Shown piece by piece: positions 25,122 through 38,211 of a stretch of DNA of 64,000 nt. Position 1 is the stretch's first letter. Each line of letters starts with the position of its first letter. The notes beneath the pieces were generated by a model. That model was given only the letters and a program-made list of their open reading frames with translations. It was not told the DNA's origin and searched no databases. The translations under genes were made by a program, and so were the position numbers. The stretch comes from Octopus sinensis (lineage: Eukaryota): contig NC_043009.1 in assembly GCF_006345805.1 (NCBI RefSeq), positions 21,886,001 to 21,950,000 of the forward strand. The letters are read 5' to 3'.

Positions 25122-26999
25122 ATGTCGTTAAAAAGAACAGTTGGCTGTTCCCTTCTTGGAACACCACCACCTCCACAAGAAAAAATTGATTTGAACATTT
25201 CTCCAAACCGCCCATTTCATGCCTTAAAAGGCAAACAAAATTTTTCAAGGGAACGTGTCATTCCAAAAAATGAAAATGAAAACGTTCCAAAAAATGAAAA
25301 TGAAAACGAAGGCGTCACTTTTGACGTCATCGAAGATTTCCCTCCTCTTCCCTCCACCAATACTCCGGTACCAGAAAAAGAGGGAAGAAAGAGCGTCCCA
25401 AAGAGAAACGACAACGATGGCATCACCTTTGATGTCAACGAAGATTTTCCTTCTCTTCCCTCCACCAGTGCGCCATCACCGAAAAAGGAAGGAAGAAAGG
25501 ACATTGACACAATAAACACCAGCACAAAAACAATGGAAACCCATCGTAACAATTTCGCCTTAGCTACAAAGCAGATCTCTGAGGAAATAAAAGTTACGAT
25601 GGAGGAGATTAAAAATTCAAAGGTTTTGTTGAGAAAAGAGGGAAATAGTGTTTTCTTAAAGACTCCCCAAGAACTCAATAAAGAAACACAAAAAAAGACA
25701 ATAATTTACAAAATTTTCGAAACAAAACAAAAAAAACTCACAAATGCCACACCTCAGCAACTCAAAATAGCTCTAAAGCCCATATGGGGGCAAAAGAACT
25801 ATGTGACAAAAGGCAAGCGGTATGGAACCGTGGGGGTGAGATTCCCAACAGAGGAAGAGGCAAGGAAGAATGCCATTTCGCCCTTGCAAACGGACGGTTT
25901 GTTACTCGTGCCAACGTATCTCGGGCAAAGAGTAATAAAAATCCGCATCGACCTTGCCCCCCACTGAACTAAATATTCCTTGGCTAGTGGCAGCTGTCCT
26001 CTATGACATAGAGGACAACACCACTATTCTCCAAGTCCACAGGCATAGAGAAAAAATCTGGTCAGGTATGGGAGTTCAACTGCTGGTACAAATCCAGCAG
26101 GAAAACATTAATGCCATACCTGACTCGGTAAATTTGCCGGACGGAACCAGGCTGCACGTTGCTGTGGAGGGGCGAAAGCCAAAATGTTACCTCTGCAGCA
26201 GCGAAAGCCACCTAAAAAGGGACTGCCCCATTCACAAAAAAAGAATGGAGGCAGCCGGCAAGAAGCAGCAACAACAACAACAACAACAGCAAGAAACGCC
26301 AAAGGCTGCCACACCACCAACACCATCACCACCACCAAGACGAACGACACCACCTCCAACCACCAACCCCAGCACCAAGAAAAACAACAACAAAAAAAAG
26401 GAAGAAGAATCACCGACACCGTCACCATCACCAACAGACACAGCAATACCACCGCTACCAGCAGAACCAACAATTTTTCGCCCTGCTGCTGAAGCGGACC
26501 CGACAGCCATCCCCTTTCCGGATCAGGACAGCTCGGATTGTGCGAGCACTGATACCGAGAAAGATGAATGGCTCACAGTGCCTCCGAAGAAGAAGAGGAG
26601 GAAGAAACAAAAAGACACACAGGGGAAGCACGAACAAATAGTGCTTCCCAATATCAACAACAACAAACAACAACACTTTCGACATCACTACTGCCACTGC
26701 CACACACTCCAACACACACAGACACGATTGCAGCCATAAACACAAAAAATGAAAAACTCGTTTCATATATAAAAGACAACACAAGTACAAACATTACAGA
26801 TACCTACTCACAACACACCACCAGCACACATTCTCACAATCAAAATTAATCAAAAAACATATAGTGACATAAAACAAATATTCCCTAACGATGTCGGATC
26901 GCTAGGGAGAAGTTTCTCAAAGAAACTTTATAAAAATATTGTAGAAACACCCGTGCAAAAGCACAAGGGAGCCACCCCCACCACCAACAACAGTAAGTA
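25122..26999 (+). pseudogene. Tx1 ORF1 (gag-like, CCHC zinc knuckle), frameshifted
   Basis: CYLCSSESHLKRDC knuckle, RRM-like YGTVGVRF segment, Pro/Lys-rich tail; frameshift near 25960; C-terminal end uncertain. Confidence 0.8.
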
Positions 27000-27038
27000 G
27001 AGCCTTTTTCTTCTTTTATTTTTCGTCACCTTTGAAAC

Positions 27039-30000
27039 ATGGCAAAACTTAGAATCGGTTGCTTGAATGTGAGAGGCCTCGGGTCACCTTGGAAACAGGG
27101 TCACCTGTTAAACGACCTGAGGTTTCATGATGTGGATGTAGCAGCCATTAGTGAAAGCAGGCTCTCCGACCCGCAGGAACTCGCAGCCATTTTTGGCGGA
27201 TACGAGATCTTTCTATCTCCGTGTCGGCCGGGAGCGGGCGGTGGTGGTACTGCGGTGTTGTTTCGGAAGGGCCTGGACTTGAAAATAAGGACAGTCTTCC
27301 TGGATCCGGAAGGTAAGTTGGTGGTCTTCGACGTAGACGGTAGTGACGGCGATGCTTTCAGACTGCTGGCTGCCTACGCTCCGACAGGAGCAGGGCAGTC
27401 GAATTATTTCAAATGTCTGGAAGTTTTCCTGGGAACGTCACGCACTCTAGTGCTTGTTGGGGATTGGAACGCTGTCTTAGACGAACGTTTCGATCGGGTG
27501 GGCAGGGGAGCATCTGATAGGAGAGAAGGGTGCAAGAGCCTCGCCAATCTACTCGGACGCTCTCAGCTGTCCGACAGATTTCGACTAGACAACCCAATGT
27601 GGACTTGGACCAATCGCATCGGGTAGTCTAGATCGTACTTAGATAGAGTGTTTTGTAAGCCAGCGGATAAGGACAGCATAGGGTGTCCACAATTCCACCT
27701 AGTCGACTACACAGACCACAAATTCGTAATCTGTACGGTCGACTTAGATAGGCTACATAGACAGGGACCTGGCTACTGGAAGCTGAACGCGTCGTTAACG
27801 GCGTGCAAAGCTTACAGAGACCGGATTAGTTTACTAGTTAAGCGGGCGCTCATGGGGGCAATCATCAACAACAACTGGTGGTTTGCCCTCAAGAGAGCAA
27901 TTAGAGTAGAGTCAATTAGGTTTAGCAAGACTCTAGCTATTGAACGTAGGAAGAGAGAGCAGGATTTAGTTAAGAAACTAGACGAGGCTCTTGACTCTGG
28001 CATCGCGACTGACGTGTTGGCGGCAAGGTTGGTCCTCGACCAACACTTTGACACCAAACACGAAGGCTGCGTTGTCAGAGCTGAGGCACGTTCACTAAGC
28101 GAGGAGGAGACTAGAGCCGCTCGATGGGCCCGCGTGGTGGAGGCGAAGCGAGGCAACAAAGCAACCATTCGGTCTTTGGTGGACCAGAACGGGCATGAGG
28201 TTACCGAACCGAAGCAGATGTGTGCGGTGTTTCAGCGGCACTTTGCTCAACTGTTTGGGACGAGCGGTGGAACGGACAACGGTACAGACTTCGGTGTGTA
28301 CCTGGACGGCCTACCGCAACTCTCGGACAGCGAGGCAGAGTGCTGCGAAGGACCGATATCTGCCTGGGAAGTGGAGGAAGCGATGAAGAGTTGCACGAGA
28401 GGTAGATCGCCGGGTTTGGATGCCAGACTTGTTTGCGGGCCTGTTGGCAAACGTCTACTGCAACTGGCAGCAAAACGAGAGAATTCCTGCTTTTGTCTGT
28501 CGAGGGGTGGTGGCTTTGCTAAAAGAGGACCCAAACAAGGGGGACATTATAGGGAATTTTCGGCCCATCACTCTGCTCAATGCAGAGTTGAAGATTTTGG
28601 CCAAGGTGCTAGCCAAGAGATTGGCGCTTGTCGTGGACAAGCTGGTTGGCAAGACGCAGACATGCGCCGTGCCAACCAGGTTTATACACGACAACCTCCA
28701 TCTCATGCGCTACATCATAGAGAGGGTGGGCAACGATGCTGGCGCGGGTGGGGCTTTGATCAATTTAGATCAGAGTAAAGCCTTCGATAGGGTCGCCCAT
28801 CGGTACCTGGCAGCTGGCTTCGGTCCAGTCATCTGCGGGTGGATCGCTGCTTTATACAGCAACATCTGCTCAGTGATACGGGTGAACGGTCACCTTTCGG
28901 AACCGTTTGACATCTTGCGTTCGGTCCGCCAAGGATGCCCTCTCTCCTCCCTCTTGAACATATTGACTCTCGAGCCATTACTGCGCAAGTTGGAGGCTTT
29001 GAGGGGTATCCCGCACGATCTAGGAGGTGGAAACAGCGTGTCTGCCTATGCCGACGACGTCACCGTGATGGTGTCGAGTCACAGGCACATTGACCTGATT
29101 GGCGAGACACTAAACGAGTACGAAGCGGTGACAGGGGCAAAGATTAATGCGGAAAAGTCTGTGGGCTTGCAACTGGGCACCTGGAGAGGCAAGCCCATGC
29201 CGTCCAACAGCGTCGTAGGGCGCTGGACAGACAGACCCGTTAAACTGCTCGGGGTCTGGTTCGGTCCGGACCTCCAGGTGGATAAAAACTGGGAAGAAGT
29301 GACGAGCAGAGTGGCACGTCTCACCCAGAAATGGGCCGAGAGGAAGCTGTCTCTGAAAGGTCGAGCGGAGGTGGCGAATGCGTACATCGCATCCGTCATC
29401 TATTACCGCTTGATCGTCGTCCCTTGTCCCGACCGCTGGTTGGCCAAGCTGGTACGCCTGCTCTTCGACTTTTTGTGGAAGGGTCAGGTGCCACTGGTCA
29501 GGCGGTCCATCTGCTGTCAACAACCGCTGAACGGAGGCCTTGGAATGCCGTGGTTACTGATGCGCAGACATGCGTTCAGGCTGCGACATCTCAAGCGATT
29601 CCTAGACGGTGAACAGGTGTGGTCGTCTTTTGTCAGACGTGACTTTCCGCAGCCCGTCTCTTTGACAGAGCTGCAGACCTGGATCAAACGTAGACCGAGA
29701 AAGGGCGTTTGGCACCTCGAGTGCCGTCAAACTCTCTCCGCCCTCCACCAGGCGGGCAATGCGATCGGTTTTAGTTCCACTCTAGCGTTCTGTAGAGGGT
29801 TAGTGGAGGAAAAATGCGACGACATTCTCAGGGAAACTCTAGGCATTGATGATAACGAGCTGAGCGGTCTGTTCGGAAGGACTTTCGGGCCGGAGCCAAT
29901 GGATAATTTCCAGAGGTCGCTCGCCTGGCAGTGCTACCGAGGAGCTCTGCCTGTTTGGGATAAACTCTACCGGCACGGAAGTGCCGTCAGCCGGGCCTGC

Positions 30001-30414
30001 CTGAGGTGTTGCCAGGACAACGAAACCGTTCTGCACGCACTCGTCCAGTGCCCGAGTATTGCTGAACTATGGGTTTATGTCGAACAGCTACTGTCACGTA
30101 TAGGACGGATCCGGCTATCAGCTGAATCCATAGTGAAGATTGCCCCACCGACCTCCTTTAACAAGGAGGGTGAAGCCGTATTCCTGTGCCTAGTGGCTGT
30201 GGGGAAAGAGGTTGTATGGTGGACCTGTTTGAAAGGGCTGAAGTCAGACACTTTCCTCTTTGGTCAAGGCCTCATCAACTTTTTCAAGTTTCACTTGGAA
30301 AGGAAGATGAGGTTAGAGAGGAGAGTGCTGTCTGATAGCAAGTTTTCTGAAAGGTGGGTGAATTGTGCAAGAATGGCCAGTGTAAATGGACCAATTCCCA
30401 GGTTTCGCCTGTGA
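27039..30414 (+). pseudogene. Tx1 ORF2 (APE endonuclease, RT, Cys-rich C-terminus)
   Basis: CLNVRGL, LVGDWNAVLD, YLDRV, TDH (APE); RPITLLNAE, VRQGCPLS, YADDVT (RT); CLRCCQDNETVLHALVQC. In-frame TAG at 27624 and a frameshift near 28420. Confidence 0.92.
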
Positions 30415-30687
30415 TTGAAAAAGGTTTTATAAAAGGAGAAAGGGGCTCTCTACCCCCCTTTTTGACAAGGCTCCCGTTGGCTTTTATGGGTTTTTCCTCC
30501 AGGAACCTTTCGAAGCGCCTCCCCCTATTGAGAGTTTTTCATTGTTAAATATTTTCGTTGTTACACTGTTTTTTACACGGATTTTTACAAACGGACAAAA
30601 CCCTTTGTAACCTTTCGTCTTGTTTTGTCCCTTTATGTTTTCTAATCATGTGTGTCAGCCCTTGTGGCCAATAAAAAGAATTAATTA

Positions 30688-30728
<41 letters not shown>

Positions 30729-30729
<1 letters not shown>

Positions 30730-33372
30730 TATGTTTGACTTTTGCTTTATATTTGTACAAGTTGGCTCCAAGTCTCACCCAGAGACCTCAAGAGACAACA
30801 GGTTGGAAGTTCATGTTGTTGTTATGCCTAGTGTGCCATATATTTTTTTTTGGGGGGGGGAGTTTTTGGTGTTGAATGTCTAAAAAAAAAAATAATAATT
30901 TTTTTTTTTTTTTAAACCGAAAATTATGTTTGTTTTAAACCTTGAGATTACATAGAAAGTATTTTGCGTAGGATATGAGCAGTTCCCATGAGCACTATCT
31001 TTTGAATTTCTGCCATTTTTGGGTTTCCTGGTATCTGAGTTAGGTAGCTATCAGCCCCTTTTGCTATCATTCCCAGGGCACCTATGACAACAGGTATTGT
31101 TTTAGTCTTCAGGTTCCACATTTTGCTGATTTCTATTTCAAGATCTTTATATTTGCTCAGTTTTTGGTAGGTCTTGACAGATACGTTTATATCAATTGGG
31201 ACAGTCATATCAATGAGGAGGCATGTTCTTTGTTTGAAGTCTTTCAATATGATGTCTGGCCTATTTGCATCTATCTTCCTGTCAGTTTGAATGGTGAAGT
31301 TCCAGAGGAGTGAGATGTGGTCATTTTCAAGCACTGGGGGTGGTTTGTGTTCCCACCAGTTTTTTTCATGGGGCAAATCCAGGTTTTTACAGATTACCCA
31401 GTGAATATATTGTGCAGCTCTATCGTGCCTGTTGAGATACTCTGTAGGCGCTAGAAGACTGCACTTGGAGACCACATGGTCAATGGTTTCATTTTGTTGC
31501 TTGCATACACGACACGTTGGACTGCTTCTGATCTTTAATATGTTGGCCTGGTAGTTTCTTGTTGGTAGGCATTGATCTTGAGCTGCTATGATAAACCCCT
31601 CTGTTTCAGATTTTAAGCCAGAGGCCATTAGCCATTGATGGGTCAGGGCTTTGTTAACATCTGCATTATTTGCTCTCTTTGGGTATTTGCCATAGAGAGG
31701 TTTTTCTTGCCATTTATCATTCAGAATATCTAAGGCCGCAGATTTAGCACGGGTTTTCATGCGCTTAGCCTTTTCTGTGCCTGTTTCTTGTATGTCTATC
31801 TCTAATTCCGAAATTTGTTGTATTCAGAATTCACTTAGATATTCCTTTGCCTGTTTTGTTACTGAGTATGATGCTTTCTTGTTTTCATGTTTTGAGACAA
31901 GTTTTAACATCCAGTCCTCAGAGTTTTTCAGGTAGGTGTCTAGGCCAATTGTAGCAATCTTCATTGTTATTGCCAGTTGCAAAAGTCCACGGCCTCCCTC
32001 TTTTCTTGGCAGATAAAGTCATTCTGTATCTGCCTTAGGGTGGTGCATTCTATGCATTGTCAACAGTTTTCGAATTTTTCTGTCAAGATTACATATTTCA
32101 GTAATTGACCAGTTAACGATATTGAAACTGTAAGTCACAACTGGTATAGCTAATGCATTGATCGCTTCGATCCTGTTTCTTGCATTCAGCTCTGTCTTGA
32201 GTATTGCTCTTACTCTGCGATAACATTCTCTCCTGATCCTTTCCTTCATCTCTGAATGCCTTATTCCTTCTCCTTCAATTACCCCTAGATACTTGTAGTT
32301 CTCTGCTGGGTCTAATTATTTTATGACATTCTGCTGGTCAAGGTTAACGTTAGATGTTTCTGTCATTTTTCCTTTGATAAAGGTAGCTTTTGCACACTTA
32401 TCGAGGCCAAATTGCATTCTGATGTCATCACTGAATTGTTTGACAATCGCTAGTAAGCCCTTGAGTTGTTGGTCATTTTTTGCAAAGAGCTTTAAATCAT
32501 CCATGTAAATAAGATGATTTATATTTTTATCAAACATTTTATACCCGTACTGCGCGTCATTGAGCAGTTTTGAGAGAGGTATTAAGGCTAAACAGAAGAG
32601 GAGTGGTGATAGTTAGTCACCCTGGAAAATGCCACATGAAATTTTTACATCACCAGCATTTAGAGATTCATTGTCACTGTTCAGAGTTAGTGTGGTTCTC
32701 CATGATCTCATACTTACAGACAAAAAGTTTCGTAGAGCAGGTGCTATCTTATACATTTCTAGGCATTTCTTAATCCAGCTATGTGGTAGGCTATCAAAAG
32801 CCTTTTTATAGTCTATCCAGGCTATTGATAAGTTTTTATGTCGTTTGTGACAATCTTCTAAGATCATCTTATTGATGAGTAGTTGATCTTTACAACCGTA
32901 GGATCCACGTTTACATCCTTTCTGTTCATTAGGGAATATGCTGCTGTCTGTCAAAAAACTATAGGTATATTCCGTCAGGACAGATGTTAGTGTTTTATAC
33001 ATAGTTGTTAAGCAGGTTATGGGTCTATAGTTTTTTGGTTCATTTGTTTCTTCACTTTTTGGAAGCAGGAATGTTAACCCATTAACTAGCCAAGGAGGCA
33101 TCCTACTAGGGTGTTGCAAAATATCATTGTAAAGTTCTGTTAGCAGTTCATGGCTCTCTGGGAAGGCATTCAACCAAAAGTTAGGGATTTTATCCTTTCC
33201 TGGAGACTTCCATTTGCTTGACCTCCTGAGAGCATATCTTATATCTTCTACCTTGACACCCTCCCACTTTTGCTCTTCTAAGGAGTCCAGTTCTTTAGAT
33301 ATTCTATCAATCCAGGGGGCCTTTTCGCTGAGTGATTTTTCTTCCGCCCAAATTTTATTCCAAAATCCCTGC

Positions 33373-33376
<4 letters not shown>
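30729..33376 (-). mobile_element. R4/Dong-clade RLE non-LTR retrotransposon, copy A (5'-truncated, several stops)
   Basis: RT (YRPITCL, YMDDLK), CCHC (CRVC...HVVSKC), RLE (NRPDII...LIDMTVP...KLSKY); at least four in-frame stops relative to copy B; (TAA)n at the 3' end. Confidence 0.92.
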
Positions 33377-33403
<27 letters not shown>

Positions 33404-33458
33404 CTTCTTCTTCTTCTTCTTCTCTTCTTCTTCTTCTTCTTCTTTCTTCTTCTTCTTC

Positions 33459-33501
<43 letters not shown>

Positions 33502-33966
33502 CATCATTATTATCATTATTAATATGGCAAGCTGACAGAATTGTTAGTACGCAGGGCAAAATGCTTAGCAGTATTTCGTCTGCTGCTATATTCTGAGTTC
33601 AAATTCCGCTAAGGTCGACTTTGCTTTTCATCCTTTTCGGGTCAATTAAATAAGTACCAGTTATGCACCGGGGTCGATGTAATCAACTTAATTCCCCTCC
33701 CCCAAGCTGCCCTTGTGGTAAAAATTTGAAATCATTATTATTAGTAGTAGCAGCAAGGCAGAGAGCTGACAGAATCGTTAGCATGCCGTGTGAAATGCTT
33801 AGTGGCATTTCATCTGTCTTTACATTGTGCGTTAAAATTCTACTGGGGTCGATAAAATAAGTACCATTTGAGTACTGGGGTCGATGTAATTGACTATCCC
33901 CTTTCCACCAAATTTCAGGCCTTGTGCCTATAGTAGAAAGGATTATTATTATTATTATTATTATTA

Positions 33967-33998
<32 letters not shown>

Positions 33999-34176
33999 TT
34001 TCCTTCTTTGTTCAAATTTTCTTCCATTTCTCGCCTAGTGTTTCCTGTACACCTAGGGCAGAGAAGCTCATTGTATGCATTCCCAGATTTCACATGCAAA
34101 TTCACAGGTAAAACATGTATTTAAAAAATTAATAAATAAATAAATTCATGAACGGATGGTGTTGTTGTTATTATTA

Positions 34177-34223
<47 letters not shown>

Positions 34224-34224
<1 letters not shown>

Positions 34225-37200
34225 TGTTTGACTTTTGCTTTATATTTGTACAAGTTGGCTCCAAGTCTCACCCAGAGACCTCAAGAGACAACAGGGTTGG
34301 AAGTTCATGTTGTTGTTATGCCTAGTGTGCCATATATTTGGGGGGTGGGGATGTTGTACTAATGAATGTCTAAAAAAAAGGTTTTTTTTTTTTTTTTTTT
34401 AAAACCGAAAATTATGTTTGTTTTAAACCTTGAGATTACATAGAGAGTATTTTGCGTAGGATATGAGCAGTTCCCATGAGCACTATCTTTTGAATTTCTG
34501 CCATTTTTGGGTTTCCTGGTATCTGAGTTAGGTAGCTATCAGCCCCTTTTGCTATCATTCCCAGGGCACCTATGACAACAGGTATTGTTTTAGTCTTCAG
34601 GTTCCACATTTTGCTGATTTCTATTTCAAGACCTTTATATTTGCTCAGTTTTTGGTAGGTCTTGACAGATACGTTTATATCGATTGGGACAGTCATATCA
34701 ATGAGGAGGCATGTTCTTTGTTTGAAGTCTTTCAATATGATGTCTGGCCTATTTGCATCTATCTTCCTGTCAGTTTGAATGGTGAAGTTCCAGAGGAGTG
34801 AGATGTGGTCATTTTCAAGCACTGGGGGTGGTTTGTGTTCCCACCAGTTTTTTTCATGGGGCAAATCCAGGTTTTTACAGATTACCCAGTGAATATATTG
34901 TGCAGCTCTATCGTGCCTGTTGAGATACTCTGTAGGCGCTAGAAGACTGCACTTGGAGACCACATGGTCAATGGTTTCATTTTGTTGCTTGCATACACGA
35001 CACGTTGGACTGCTTCTGATCTTTAATATGTTGGCCTGGTAGTTTCTTGTTGGTAGGCATTGATCTTGAGCTGCTATGATAAACCCCTCTGTTTCAGATT
35101 TTAAGCCAGAGGCCATTAGCCATTGATGGGTCAGGGCTTTGTCGATATCTGCATTATTCGCTCTCTTTGGGTATTTGCCATAGAGAGGTTTTTCTTGCCA
35201 TTTATTATTCAGAATATCTAAGGCCGCAGTTTTGGCACGGGTTTTCATGCGCCTAGCTTTTTCTGTGCTTGTTTCTTGTATATCTATCTCTAATTCCGAA
35301 ATTGGTTGTATTCGGAATTCACTTAGATATTCCTTTGCCTGTTTTGTGACTGAGTATGATGCTTTCTTGTTTTCATGTTTTGAGACAAGTTTTAACATCC
35401 AGTCCTCAGAGTTTTTCAGGTAGGTGTCTAGGCCAATTGTAGCAATCTTCATTGTTATTGCCAGTTGCAAAAGACCACGGCCTCCCTTTTTCTTGGCAGA
35501 TAGAGTCGTTCTGTATCTGCCTTAGGGTGGTGCATTCTATGCATTGTCAACAGTTTCCTTATTTTTCTGTCGAGCTGACATATTTCAGTAATTGACCAGT
35601 TAACAATATTGAAACTGTAAGTCACGACTGGTATAGCTAATGCATTGATTGCTTCGATCCTGTTTCTTGCATTCAGCTCTGTCTTGAGTATTGCTCTCAC
35701 TCTTCGATAGCATTCTCTCCTGATCCTTTCCTTCATCTCTGAATGCCTTATTCCGTTCCCTTCAATTACCCCTAGGTACTTGTAGCTCTCCGCTGGGTCT
35801 AGTTCTTTTATGACATTCTGTTGGTCAAGGTTAACGTTAGATGTTTCTGTCATTTTTCCTTTGATAAAGGTAGCCTTTGCACATTTATCGAGGCCGAATT
35901 GCATTCTGATGTCGTCACTGGATTGTTTGACTATCGCTAGTAAGCCCTTGAGTTGTTGATCATTTTTTGCAAAAAGCTTTAAATCATCCATGTAAACGAG
36001 ATGATTTATATTTTTATCAAACATTTTATACCCGTACTGCGCGTCATTGAGCAGCTTTGAGAGAGGTATTAAGGATAAACAAAAGAGGAGTGGTGACAGT
36101 GAGTCACCCTGGAAAATGCCACATGAAATTTTTACATCACCAGCATTTAAGGATTCACTGTCACTGTTCAGAGTTAGTGTGGTTCTCCATGATCTCATAC
36201 TTACAGTCAAGAAGTTTCGCAGAGTTGGTGCTATCTTATACATTTCAAGGCATTTCCTAATCCAGCTATGTGGTAGGCTATCAAAAGCCTTTTTATAGTC
36301 TATCCAGGCTATTGATAAGTTTTTGTGTCGTTTGTGACAATCTTCTAAGATCATCTTATTGATGAGTAGTTGGTCTTTACAGCCGTAGGATCCATGTTTA
36401 CATCCTTTCTGTTCATTAGGGAATATGCTGCTGTCTGTTAAAAAACTATAGGTATATTCTGTCAGGACAGATGTTAGTGTTTTGTACATAGTTGTTAAGC
36501 AGGTTATGGGTCTATAGTTTTTTGGTTCATTTGTTTCTTCACTTTTTGGAAGCAGGAATGTTAACCCATTAACTAGCCAAGGAGGCATCCTACTAGGGTG
36601 TTGCAAAACATCATTGTAAAGTTCTGTTAGCAGTTCATGGCTCTCTGGGAAGGCATTCAGCCAGAAGTTAGGAATTTTATCCTTTCCTGGAGACTTCCAT
36701 TTGCTTGACCTCCTGAGAGCAGATCTTATATCTTCTACCTTGACACCCTCCCACTTTTGCTCTTCTAAGGGGTCCAGTTCTGTAGATATTCTGTCAATCC
36801 AGGGGGCCTTTTCATTGTGTGTTTTTTCTTCTGCCCAGATTTTATTCCAAAATCTCTGCACTTCTTCTTTTGATGGTATAGACCCTGCAGTAAACGCTGT
36901 TTTTCCTATCTTCCTGTAAAAATTCTTGGTGTTATTTTTTAACATGTTGTTGTCCTTGAAAAATCTAACACGCTTTTCATACCTCGCTATGCGGGCAGCT
37001 TTGGCAGATACCTTTTGTTTGATGGTTTCTATGGTGGCATCAATATCAAGTATAGTTTTCATATTGTATTTTTTCAGTAATTTTTGGGTTTTTGTAGGTT
37101 TGGTAGTCTTGTGAGCCTTAAGGTTTTTCAAATATTCAATGTCAGATCTAAATATTTTAATTTGTTGTTGCAGACACTCTTGCCAAGAAGGCTTTTTGTG

Positions 37201-38031
37201 GGACTGTTGCCGTTTTCTAATCTTTACACCAGATAGGATCGTTGAGATTTTCGCGGATGCATAGTATAGGTGGTTGAGGTTTGTGATATCAACATCATTA
37301 ACTGAAATTATATCCTTAAGTGCAAGCCGGATTTTACCAATTATTTTCATGTTTTGGTTAGAGTTGCGGATTTTAGGAAGTGTATCACGCTCATCCATGC
37401 TGGTTTCTTTAATTTTCAGCCATTCAATCATGATTTGATTTTTTAGCTCATGTAGTTCTGTTGGGTCAGTATTTATGTGACTTTCTTTATCTATTTGATG
37501 CTCATCTGTCTTAGTGTTTATGATTGTTTCAGGGCGTATTTCACTTTGCCTATCACTTATACTAACTCTTTCAATCCTCTCTTCGTTTTTATCCGCCCTG
37601 GGCTGGTCTATAATCATTTCCTCTGTATTATCTTCTCTAGCTGCAGCTTCGTTCATCTTATCCGATATTGCTTGTCTAACCTGATCAATCTCTACTTCAG
37701 TCAGTAATTTCTTTTTTATAATGTTTCTTCTAACATTGGCAAGCTTGTTACTGTCTATGTAGGGTCTTACTTCAGGGTGTTTCTGTCTCCAGTTTAAGTA
37801 TGCTTGTACAGTGCTAGACTTATCTGTGGGGAAATATATGGCATGGTAGAAGGCCTCAAGAACTTCTTTATTATCTTCCCTAGACCATTTTTCCTTCTTT
37901 TTCTTTTGATTATTTGGTGATGAGCATGGATGGCCATCTGTTGGAATATTCCGGTTGTGGGGTTCGTCCAGCTCCTGTGTGTTGGGAAGATTTGATCCAG
38001 TAACTGATTTTTCAATCAGGATTTGGTTCAA

Positions 38032-38034
<3 letters not shown>
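34224..38034 (-). mobile_element. R4/Dong-clade RLE non-LTR retrotransposon, copy B (near intact)
   Basis: Myb-like N-terminus (KWSREDNKEV), RT, CCHC and RLE. The reading frame is open from ~38034 to 34436 except for a 1-nt deletion near 35487. (TAA)n at both ends. Confidence 0.93.
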
Positions 38035-38076
<42 letters not shown>

Positions 38077-38083
38077 CATCATC

Positions 38084-38115
<32 letters not shown>

Positions 38116-38211
38116 ATAAAGGATTGAGGTAACTCTTCCAGAAGATATAGTCAAAATTAAAAGAAGAGTGCCATTGTCATCTAGTGAACGATATTTCGAC
38201 ATTTTGTGTGT

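Larger units (their letters stand above)
24920..30690 (+). mobile_element. Near full-length Tx1/L1-clade non-LTR retrotransposon
   Basis: 5' UTR, ORF1, ORF2, 3' UTR with AATAAA at 30670; bounded on both sides by (ATT)n tracts. Confidence 0.9.

Noticed and set aside
33998-34125. Short unique segment between (ATT)n tracts (NELLCPRCTGNTRRE on the minus strand)
   Set aside because: Too short to classify; probably the tail fragment of another repeat.
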